Below are positions 13,801 through 25,789 of a stretch of DNA of 64,000 bases, piece after piece. A program made the position numbers and the translations under genes. The notes under the pieces were generated by a model, which was not told where the DNA came from, did no database searches, and saw nothing but the letters and a program-made list of their open reading frames with translations. The stretch lies in assembly GCF_009914755.1 (NCBI RefSeq), contig NC_060945.1; one strand, written 5' to 3'. Numbering within the stretch: the first letter of the stretch is position 1; every line of letters starts with the position of its first letter. This DNA is from the human T2T-CHM13v2.0 reference genome, Homo sapiens.

Positions 13801-15714
13801 ACAGGGTGCTTTGTGACGGGTCCCAGCAAGGATTACCCAGGTGATGTACCTCTCATCAAGGCTCTGCCTACAGGCACATTGCGATATATCTCTGCACTGA
13901 TCACCTAGGTCATGTAACTTTTGTCTAGGCTCTACCTACGATGGCATTGTGACATATCTATGCACTAATCATCCAAGTGATGTAACACTTGTCTAGGATG
14001 TGCCTAAATTAACTTTTTGACATAACCCTGTACTGATCATCCAGGTGATGGGGCTTTTGTCTAGGCTCTGCCTAAGGGGGCATTGTGACATATTTCTGCA
14101 TTGATCACCCAGGTGGCGAACTCTTCTCTCGGATCTGCCTATGGGGGCATTGTGAGAAATCTCTGCACTGATCACCCAGGTGATGTAACTGTTGTGTAAC
14201 CTCTCCCTACAGGGGAATTGTGAGAGATCTCGCCACTGATTACCCAAGTGATGTAACCATTGTCTAGGATTTGCGTACAGGGTGCTTTGTGACATACCTT
14301 TGCACTGATCACCCAGGTGATGTAACACATCTAAGTTCGGCCTAAAGGAGCTTTGTGACACATCTCTGCACTGATCACTTAGGTGATGTAACACTTTTAT
14401 AATCACTGCCTACAGGGAATTTTGACAAATCTCTGCACTGATCACCTAGGTGATGTAACTCTTTTGTACCTTCTGTCCAACGGGGCATTGTGAAATATCT
14501 CAGCACTGAACACCCAGGTGATTCAACTCTTGACTAGGAACTGCCTACAGAGGTTATTGTGAAATATCTCTGCACTGATAAACTAGGTGGTGTAACCCTT
14601 GTCCAAGCTCTGCCTACAGGGGCGTTTCCACATATCCCTGAACTGATGACAAAGGTGATGTAACTCTTGCCTAGGCTTTGCCTACAGGGGCATTGGACAT
14701 ATATCTGCACTGATCACCGAGGTGATGCAACTCTTGCCTAGGCTTTGCCTACAGGGGACACTGTGACATATCTCTTCAATGATCACTCATGTGATGCATC
14801 TCTTGCCTAGGCTTTGCAACAGGGGACATTGGGACTAATCTCTGCACTGATCTCCCTGGTACAGTAACTTTAGTCTAGGCTCTGGCTACACGGCATTGTG
14901 ACATATCACTGCACTGATCAACCAGGTGATATAACTCTTGTATAGGCTCTGCCTACAGGGGGATTGTGACCTACCTCTGCACTGATCACCCAGGTGATAT
15001 AACTCTCCTCTAGGATCTGCCTACAGGGTGCTTTGGGACATATCCCTGCACTGATCACCCAGGTGACCTAACTCTGGTCTAAGCTCTGCCTAAAGGGGCA
15101 TTGTGACAGATCTCTGCACTGATTACTCAGGTGATGTAACTATTGTCTAGGCTCTGCTTAAAGGGGCCTTGTCACATATCCCTGCACTGATCACCCAGGT
15201 GATGTAACTCTTGTCTAGGCTCTGATTCCAGGGCATATTGTGACATAACTATGCACTGATCACCTTAGTGATGTAACACTTGTGTAGGCTCGGCCTACAG
15301 AGGAATCTTGACATATCTCTGCACTGTTAAACGAGGTGACTTAACTCTTTTGTAGGCTGTGCCCACAGGGGGATTGAGACATATCTCTGCACTGATCCCG
15401 AGGTGATCCAACTCTTGCCTGGTCTCTGCCTACTGGGGACATTGTGACATATCTCTGCACTGATCTCCCAGGTGCTGTAAATTTTGTCTAGGCTCTGGCT
15501 ACACGGCATTGTGACTTATCACTGTACTGATCACCCAGGCGATACAAATCTTGTCTAGGCTCTGCCTACAATGGTCTTGTGACATATCTCTGCACTGATC
15601 ACCCAGGTGATATAACTCTTCTCTAGGATCTGACCACGGGGTGCTTTGTGACATATCCCTGCAATGATCACCCAGGTGATATACCACTTGCCAAGGCTCT
15701 GCTTACAGGGGCAT

Positions 15715-17892
15715 TGCAATGTATCTCTGCACTGATCACCTAGGTCTTGTAGGTATTTTCTAGGATCTGCCTACAGGGTGCTTTGTGACGGGTCCCAGCA
15801 AGGATTACCCAGGTGATGTACCTCTCATCAAGGCTCTGCCTACAGGCACATTGCGATATATCTCTGCACTGATCACCTAGGTCATGTAACTTTTGTCTAG
15901 GCTCTACCTACGATGGCATTGTGACATATCTATGCACTAATCATCCAAGTGATGTAACACTTGTCTAGGATGTGCCTAAATTAACTTTTTGACATAACCC
16001 TGTACTGATCATCCAGGTGATGGGGCTTTTGTCTAGGCTCTGCCTAAAGGGGCATTGTGACATATTTCTGCATTGATCACCCAGGTGGCGAACTCTTCTC
16101 TCGGATCTGCCTATGGGGGCATTGTGAGAAATCTCTGCACTGATCACCCAGGTGATGTAACTGTTGTGTAACCTCTGCCTACAGGGGAATTGTGAGAGAT
16201 CTCTCCACTGATTACCCAAGTGATGTAACCATTGTCTAGGCTTTGCGTACAGGGGTCTTTGTGACATACCTTTGCAGTGATCACCCAGGTGATGTAACAC
16301 ATCTAAGTTCAGCCTAAAGGAGCTTTGTGACACATCTCTGCACTGATCACTTAGGTGATGTAACACTTTTATAATCACTGCCTACAGGGAATTTTGACAA
16401 ATCTCTGCACTGATCACCTAGGTGATGTAACTCTAGTCTACCCTCTGTCCAACGGGGCATTGTGAAATATCTCAGCACTGAATACCCAGGTGATTCAACT
16501 CTTGACTAGGAACTGCCTACAGACGATATTGTGAAATATCTCTTCACTGATAAACTAGGTGGTGTAACACTTGTCCAAGCTCTGCCTACAGGGGCGTTTC
16601 CACATATCCCTGAACTGATGAAAAAGGTGAAGTAACTCTTGCCTAGGCTTTGCCTACAGGGGCATTGGACATATATCTGCACTGATCACCCAGGTGATTC
16701 AACTCTTGACTAGGATCTGCCTACAGAGGTTACTGTGAAATATCTCTGCACTGATAAACTAGGTGGTGTAACCCTTATCCAAACTCTGCCTACAGGGGCG
16801 TTTTCACATATCCCTGAAGTGATGACAAAGGTGTCGTAACTCTTGCCTAGGCTTTGCCTACAGGGGACATTGGACATATGTCTGCACTGATCACCCAGGT
16901 GATGCAACTCTTGCCTAGGCTTTGCCTACAGGGGACATTGTGACATATCGCTTCAATGATCACCCATGTGATGCAACTCTTGCCTAGGCTTTGCCTACAG
17001 GGGACATTGTGACATATCTCTGCACTGATCTCCCAGGTGCTGTAACTTTAGTCTAGACTCTGGCTACACGGCATTGTGACATATCACTGCACTGATCAAC
17101 CAGGTGATATAACCCTTGTCTAGGCTCTGCCTACAGGGGGCTTGTGACATATCTATGCACTGGTCACCCAGGTGATATAACTCTTCTCTAGGATCTGCCT
17201 ACAGGGTGCTTTGTGACATATCCCTGCAATGATCACCCAGGTGATCTAACTCTGGTTTAAGCTCTGCCTAAAGGGGCATTGTGACAGATCTCTGCACTGA
17301 TCACTCAGGTGATGTAACTATTGTCTAGGCTCTGCTTAAAGGGGCCTTGTCACATATCTCTGCAATGATCACCCAGGTGATGTAACTCTTGTCTAGCCTC
17401 TGCTTTCACGGCATATTGTGACATATCTATGCACTGATCACCTTAGTGATGTAACACTTGTGTAGGCTCGGCCTACAGGGGAATATTGACATATCTCTGC
17501 ACTGTTAACCGAGGTGATTTAACTCTTGTCTAGGCTGTGCCCACAGGGGCATTGATTCATATCTCTGCACTGATCCCGTGGTGATCCAACTGTTGCCTGG
17601 TCTCTGCCTACTGGGGACATTGTGACGTATCTCTGCACTGATCTCCCAGGTGCTGTAACATTAGTCTAGGCTCTGGCTGCACGGCACTGTGACATATCAC
17701 TGCACTGATCACCCAGATGATATAAATCTTGTCTAGGCTCTGCCTACAATGGCCTTGTGACATATCTCTGCACTGATCACCCAGGTGATATAACTCTTCT
17801 CTAGGATCTGACCACAGGGTGCTTTGTGGCATTTCCCTGCAATAATCACCCAGGTGATATACCACTTGCCAACGCTCTGCCTACAGGGGCAT
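15715..17892. repeat. 32-mer hybrid A/B HOR unit (2178 bp; three monomers present twice, 16495-16698 and 16699-16903)
   Basis: ORF spacing 15965 to 18143 is 2178. TCAACTCTTGACTAGG occurs at 16495 and again at 16699. The first copy carries A alleles, the second B alleles. Confidence 0.9.
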
Positions 17893-20800
17893 TGCAATGT
17901 ATCTCTGCACTGATCACCTAGGTCTTGTAACTCTTCTCTTCGATCTTCCCTCAGGGTGCTTTTTGACGTATCCCAGCAAGGATTACCCAGGTGATGTACC
18001 TCTCATCAAGGCTCTGCCTACAGGCACATTGCGATATATCTCTGCACTGATAACCTAGGTCATGTAACTTTTGTCTAGGCTCTGCCTACGATGGCATTGT
18101 GACATATCTCTGCACTAATCATCCAAGTGATGTAACCCTTGTCTAGGATCTGCCTAAATTAACTTTGTGACATAACCCTGTACTGATCATCCAGGTGATG
18201 GGGCTTTTGTCTAGGCTCTGCCTAAGGGGGCATTGTGACATATTTCTGCATTGATCACCCAGGTGGCGAACTCTTCTCTTGGATCTGCCTATGGGGGCAT
18301 TGTGACAAATCTCTGCACTCATCACCCAGGTGATGTAACTGTTGTGTAACCTCTGCCTACAGGGGAATTGTGAGAGATCTCGCCACTGATCACCCAAGTG
18401 ATGTAACCATTGTCTAGGCTTTGCGTACAGGGGGCTTTGTGGCATACCTTTGCACTGATCACCCAGGTGATGTAACACATCTATGTTCGGCCTAAAGGAG
18501 CTTTGTGACATATCTCTGCACTGATCACTTAGGTGATGTAACACTTTTATAAGCACTGCCTACAGGGAATTTTGACAAATCTCTGCACTGATCACCTAGG
18601 TGATGTAACGTTTGTCTACCCTCTGTCCAACGGGGCATTGTGAAATATCTCTGCACTGATCACCCAGGTGATTCAACTCTTGACTAGGATCTGCCTACAG
18701 AGGTTATTGTGAAATATCTCTGCACTGATAAACTAGGTGGTGTGACCCTTATCCAAGCTCTGCCTACAGGGGCGTTTTCACATATCCCTGATGTGATGAC
18801 AAAGGTGATGTAACTCTTGCTTAGGCTTTTCCTACAAGGGGACATTGGACATATATCTGCACTGATCACCCAGGTCATGCAACTCTTGCCTAAGCTTTGC
18901 CTACAGGGGACATTGTGACATATCGCTTCAATGATCACCCATGTGATGCAACTCTTGCCTAGGCTTTGCCTACAGGGGACATTGTGACATATCTCTGCAC
19001 TGATCTCCCAGGTGCTGTAACTTTAGTCTAGACTCTGGCTACACGGTATTGTGACATATCACTGCACTGATCAACCAGGTGATATAACTCTTGTCTAGGC
19101 TCTGCCTACAGGGGGCTTGTGACATATCTCTGCACTGATCACCCAGGTGATATAACTCTTCTCTAGGATCTGCCTACAGGGTGCTTTGTGACATATCCCT
19201 GCAATGATCACCCAGGTGATCTAACTCTGGTTTAATCTCTGCCTAAAGGGGCATTGTGACAGATCTCTGCACTGATCACTCAGGTGATGAAACTATTGTC
19301 TAGGCTCTGCTTAAAGGGGCCTTTTCACATATCTCTGCAATGATCACCCAGGTGATGTAACTCTTGTCTAGCCTCTGCTTCCACGGCATATTGTGACATA
19401 TCTATGCACTGATCACCTTAGTGATGTAACACTTGTGTAGGCTCGGCCTACAGGGGAATATTGACATATCTCTGCACTGTTAACCGAGGTGATTTAATTC
19501 TTGTCTAGGCTGTGCCCACAGGGGGATTGAGACATATCTCTGCACTGATCCCGAGGTGATCCAACTGTTGCCTGGTCTCTGCCTACTGGGGACATTGTGA
19601 CATATCTCTGCACTGATCTCCCAGGTGCTGTAACTTTAGTCTAGGTTCTGGCTACACGGCATTGCGACATATCACTGCACTGATCACCCAGGTGATATAA
19701 ATCTTGTCTAGGCTCTGCCTAAAATGGCCTTGTGACATATCTCTGCACTGATCACCCAGGTGATGTAACTCTTCTCTAGGTTCTGACCACAGGGTGCTTT
19801 GTGGCATTGCCCTGCAATGATCACCCAGGTGATATACCATTTGCCAACGCTCTGCCTACAGGGGCATTGCAATGTATCTCTGCACTGATCACCTAGGTCT
19901 TGTAACTTTTTTCTTCGATCTGCCCTCAGGGTGCTTTTTGACGTATCCCAGCAAGGATTACCCAGGTGATGTACGTCTCATCATTCTCTGCCTACAGGCA
20001 CATTGCGATGTATCTCTGCACTGATCACCTAGGTCATGTAACTTTTGTCTAGGCTCTGCCTACGATGACATTGTGACATATCTCTGCACTAATCATCCAA
20101 GTGATGTAACCCTTGTCTAGGATCTCCCTAAATTAACTTTGTGACATAACCCTGTACTGATCATCCAGGTGATGGGGCTTTTGTCTAGGCTCTGCCTAAG
20201 GGGGCATTGTGACATATTTCTGCATTGATCACCCAGGTGGCGAACTCTTCTCTTGGATCTGCCTATGGGGGCATTGTGACAAATCTCTGCACTGATCACC
20301 CAGGTGATGTAACTGTTGTGTAACCTCTGCCTACAGGGGAATTGTGAGAGATCTCGCCACTGATCACCCAAGTGATGTAACCATTGTCTAGGCTTTGCGT
20401 ACAGGGGGCTTTGTGACATACTTTTGCACTGATCACCCAGGTGATGTAACACATCTAAGTTCGGCCTAAAGGAGCTTTGTGACATATCTCTGCACTGATC
20501 ACTTAGGTGATGTAACACTTTTATAAGCACTGCCTACAGGGAATTTTGACAAATCTCTGCACTGATCACCTAGGTGATGTAACGCTTGTCTACCCTCTGT
20601 CCAACGGCGCATTGTGAAATATCTCTGCACTGATCACCCAGGTGATTCAACTCTTGACTAGGATCTGCCTACAGAGGTTATTGTGAAATATCTCTGCACT
20701 GATAAACTAGGTGGTGTAACCCTTATCCAAGCTCTGCCTACAGGGGCGTTTTCACATATCCCTGAAGTGATGACAAAGGTGATGTAACTCTTGCCTAGGC

Positions 20801-23800
20801 TTTGCCTACAGGGGACTTTGGACATATATCTGCACTGATCACCCAGGTGATGCAACTCTTGCCTAGGCTTTGCCTACAGGGGACATTGTGACATATCGCT
20901 TCAATGATCACCCATGTGATGCAACTCTTGCCTAGGCTTTGCCTACAGGGGACATTGTGACATATCTCTGCACTGATCTCCCAGGTGCTGTAACTTTAGT
21001 CTAGACTCTGGCTACACGGCATTGTGACATATCACTGCACTGATCAACCAGGTGATATAACTCTTGTCTAGGCTCTGCCTACAGGGGGCTTGTGACATAT
21101 CTCTGCACTGATCACCCAGGTGATATAACTCTTCTCTAGGATCTGCCTACCGGGTGCTTTGTGACATATCCCTGCAATGATCACCCAGGTGATCTAACTC
21201 TGGTTTAAGCTCTGCCTAAAGGGGCATTGTGACAGATCTCTGCACTGATCACTCAGGTGATGAAACTATTGTCTAGGCTCTGCTTAAAGGGGCCTTGTCA
21301 CATATCTCTGCAATGATCACCCAGGTGAAGTAACTCTTGTCTAGCCTCTGCTTTCGCGGCATATTGTGACATATCTATGCACTGATCACCTTAGTGATGT
21401 AACACTTGTGTAGGCTCGGCCTACAGGGGAATATTGACCTATCTCTGCACTGTTAACCGAGGTGATTTAACTCTTGTCTAGGCTGTGCCCACAGGGGGAT
21501 TGAGACATATCTCTGCACTGATCCCGAGGTGATCCAACTGTTGCCTGGTCTCTGCCTACTGGTGACATTGTGACATATCTCTGCACTGATCTCCCAGGTG
21601 ATGTAACTTTAGTCTAGGCTCTGGCTACACGGCATTGTGACATATCACTGCACTGATCACCCAGGTGATACAAATCTTGTCTAGGCTCTGCCTACAATGA
21701 CTTTGTGACATATCTCTGCACTGATGACCCAGGTGATATAACTCTTCTCTAGGATCTGACCACAGGGTGCTTTGTGGCATTTCCCTGCAATGATCACCCA
21801 GGTGATATACCACTTGCCAACGCTCTGCCTACAGGGGCATTGCAATGTATCTCTGCACTGATCACCTAGGTCTTGTAACTCTTTTCTTCGATCTGCCCTC
21901 AGGGTGCTTTTTGACGTATCCCAGCAAGGATTACCCAGGTGATGTACCTCTCATCAAGGCTCTGCCTACAGGCACATTGCGATGTATCTCTGCACTGATC
22001 ACCTAGGTCATGTAACTTTTGTCTAGGCTCTGCCTACGATGGCATTGTGACATATCTCTGCACTAATCATCCAAGTGATGTAACCCTTGTCTAGGATCTG
22101 CCTAAATTAACTTTGTGACATAACCCTGTACTGATCATCCAGGTGATGGGGCTTTTGTCTAGGCTCTGCCTGAGGGGGCATTGTGACATATTTCTGCATT
22201 GATCACCCAGGTGGCGAACTCTTCTCTTGGATCTGCCTATGGGGGCATTGTGACAAATCTCTGCACTGATCACCCAGGTGATGTAACTGTTGTGTAACCT
22301 CTGCCTACAGGGGAATTGTGAGAGATCTCGCCACTGATCACCCAAGTGATGTAACCATTGTCTAGGCTTTGCGTACAGGGGGCTTTGTGGCATACCTTTG
22401 CACTGATCACCCAGGTGATGTAACACATCTATGTTCGGCCTAAAGGAGCTTTGTGACATATCTCTGCACTGATCACTTAGGTGATGTAACACTTTTATAA
22501 GCACTGCCTACAGGGAATTTTGACAAATCTCTGCACTGATCACCTAGGAGATGTAACGTTTGTCTACCCTCTGTCCAACGGGGCATTGTGAAATATCTCT
22601 GCACTGATCACCCAGGTGATTCAACTCTTGACTAGGATCTGCCTACAGAGGTTATTGTGAAATATCTCTGCACTGATAAACTAGGTGGTGTAACCCTTAT
22701 CCAAGCTCTGCCTACAGGGGCGTTTTCACATATCCCTGATGTGATGACAAAGGTGATGTAACTCTTGCTTAGGCTTTTCCTACAAGGGGACATTGGACAT
22801 ATATCTGCACTGATCACCCAGGTGATGCAACTCTTGCCTAAGCTTTGCCTACAGGGGACATTGTGACATATCGCTTCAATGATCACCCATGTGATGCAAC
22901 TCTTTCCTAGGCTTTGCCTACAGGGGACATTGTGACATATCTCTGCACTGATCTCCCAGGTGCTGTAACTTTAGTCTAGACTCTGGCTACACGGTATTGT
23001 GACATATCACTGCACTGATCAACCAGGTGATATAACTCTTGTCTAGGCTCTGCCTACAGGGGGCTTGTGACATATCTCTGCACTGATCACCCAGGTGATA
23101 TAACTCTTCTCTAGGATCTGCCTACAGGGTGCTTTGTGACATATCCCTGCAATGATCACCCAGGTGATCTAACTCTGGTTTAATCTCTGCCTAAAGGGGC
23201 ATTGTGACAGATCTCTACACTGATCACTCAGGTGATGAAACTATTGTCTAGGCTCTGCTTAAAGGGGCCTTTTCACATATCTCTGCAATGATCACCCAGG
23301 TGATGTAACTCTTGTCTAGCCTCTGCTTCCACGGCATATTGTGACATATCTATGCACTGATCACCTTAGTGATGTAACACTTGTGTAGGCTCGGCCTTCA
23401 GGGGAATATTGACATATCTCTGCACTGTTAACCGAGGTGATTTAATTCTTGTCTAGGCTGTGCCCACAGGGGGATTGAGACATATCTCTGCACTGATCCC
23501 GAGGTGATCCAACTGTTGCCTGGTCTCTGCCTACTGGGGACATTGTGACATATCTCTGCACTGATCTCCCAGGTGCTGTAACTTTAGTCTAGGCTCTGGC
23601 TACACGGCATTGCGACATATCACTGCACTGATCACCCAGGTGATATAAATCTTGTCTAGGCTCTGCCTAAAATGGCCTTGTGACATATCTCTGCACTGAT
23701 CACCCAGGTGATGTAACTCTTCTCTAGGATCTGACCACAGGGTGCTTTGTGGCATTGCCCTGCAATGATCACCCAGGTGATATACCATTTGCCAACGCTC

Positions 23801-25789
23801 TGCCTACAGGGGCATTGCAATGTATCTCTGCACTGATCACCTAGGTCTTGTAACTTTTTTCTTCGATCTGCCCTCAGGGTGCTTTTTGACGTATCCCAGC
23901 AAGGATTACCCAGGTGATGTACGTCTCATCAAGGCTCTGCCTACAGGCACATTGCGATGTATCTCTGCACTGATCACCTAGGTCATGTAACTTTTGTCTA
24001 GGCTCTGCCTACGATGACATTGTGACATATCTCTGCACTAATCATCCAAGTGATGTAACCCTTGTCTAGGATCTCCCTAAATTAACTTTGTGACATAACC
24101 CTGTACTGATCATCCAGGTGATGGGGCTTTTGTCTAGGCTCTGCCTAAGGGGGCATTGTGACATATTTCTGCATTGATCACCCAGGTGGCGAACTCTTCT
24201 CTTGGATCTGCCTATGGGGGCATTGTGACAAATCTCTGCACTGATCACCCAGGTGATGTAACTGTTGTGTAACCTCTGCCTACAGGGGAATTGTGAGAGA
24301 TCTCGCCACTGATCACCCAAGTGATGTAACCATTGTCTAGGCTTTGCGTACAGGGGGCTTTGTGACATACCTTTGCACTGATCACCCAGGTGATGTAACA
24401 CATCTAAGTTCGGCCTAAAGGAGCTTTGTGACATATCTCTGCACTGATCACTTAGGTGATGTAACACTTTTATAAGCACTGCCTACAGGGAATTTTGACA
24501 AATCTCTGCACTGATCACCTAGGTGATGTAACGCTTGTCTACCCTCTGTCCAACGGCGCATTGTGAAATATCTCTGCACTGATCACCCAGGTGATTCAAC
24601 TCTTGACTAGGATCTGCCTACAGAGGTTATTGTGAAATATCTCTGCACTGATAAACTAGGTGGTGTAACCCTTATCCAAGCTCTGCCTACAGGGGCGTTT
24701 TCACATATCCCTGAAGTGATGACAAAGGTGATGTAACTCTTGCCTAGGCTTTGCCTACAGGGGACTTTGGACATATATCTGCACTGATCACCCAGGTGAT
24801 GCAACTCTTGCCTAGGCTTTGCCTACAGGGGACATTGTGACATATCGCTTCAATGATCACCCATGTGATGCAACTCTTGCCTAGGCTTTGCCTACAGGGG
24901 ACATTGTGACATATCTCTGCACTGATCTCCCAGGTGCTGTAACTTTAGTCTAGACTCTGGCTACACGGCATTGTGACATATCACTGCACTGATCAACCAG
25001 GTGATATAACTCTTGTCTAGGCTCTGCCTACAGGGGGCTTGTGACATATCTCTGCACTGATCACCCAGGTGATATAACTCTTCTCTAGGATCTGCCTACC
25101 GGGTGCTTTGTGACATATACCTGCAATGATCACCCAGGTGATCTAACTCTGGTTTAAGCTCTGCCTAAAGGGGCATTGTGACAGATCTCTGCACTGATCA
25201 CTCAGGTGATGAAACTATTGTCTAGGCTCTGCTTAAAGGGGCCTTGTCACATATCTCTGCAATGATCACCCAGGTGAAGTAACTCTTGTCTAGCCTCTGC
25301 TTTCGCGGCATATTGTGACATATCTATGCACTGATCACCTTAGTGATGTAACACTTGTGTAGGCTCGGCCTACAGGGGAATATTGACATATCTCTGCACT
25401 GTTAACCGAGGTGATTTAACTCTTGTCTAGGCTGTGCCCACAGGGGGATTGAGACATATCTCTGCACTGATCCCGAGGTGATCCAACTGTTGCCTGGTCT
25501 CTGCCTACTGGTGACATTGTGACATATCTCTGCACTGATCTCCCAGGTGATGTAACTTTAGTCTAGGCTCTGGCTACACGGCATTGTGACATATCACTGC
25601 ACTGATCACCCAGGTGATATAAATCTTGTCTAGGCTCTGCCTGCAATGACTTTGTGACATATCTCTGCACTGATGACCCAGGTGATATAACTCTTCTCTA
25701 GGATCTGACCACAGGGTGCTTTGTGGCATTTCCCTGCAATGATCACCCAGGTGATATACCACTTGCCAACGCTCTGCCTACAGGGGCAT
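17893..25789. repeat. Two copies of a 2-HOR (58-monomer, ~3948-3949 bp) super-unit
   Basis: Alternating variants. CATCTATGTT, CCCTGATGTGATG, CTTAGGCTTTTCCTACAAGGGG and ACGGTATT mark the units at ~18 and ~22 kb. GGATCTCCC, CAACGGCGCA, GGGACTTTGG and CTTTCGCGG mark the units at ~20 and ~24 kb. Confidence 0.82.

Larger units (their letters stand above)
1..16698. repeat. HOR subfamily A sub-array (unit 1972-1973 bp; starts at 1, 1974, 3947, 5919, 7824, 9797, 11770, 13743, 15715)
   Basis: Diagnostic alleles: AGGATGTGCCTAAATT, TTTTATAATCACTG, AGAGGAATCTTGAC, CTGTTAAACGAGG (one unit varies), GGGGCATTGGAC, GTAGCTATTTTCTAG. ORF track shows MIIK...NLGTS. Confidence 0.9.
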
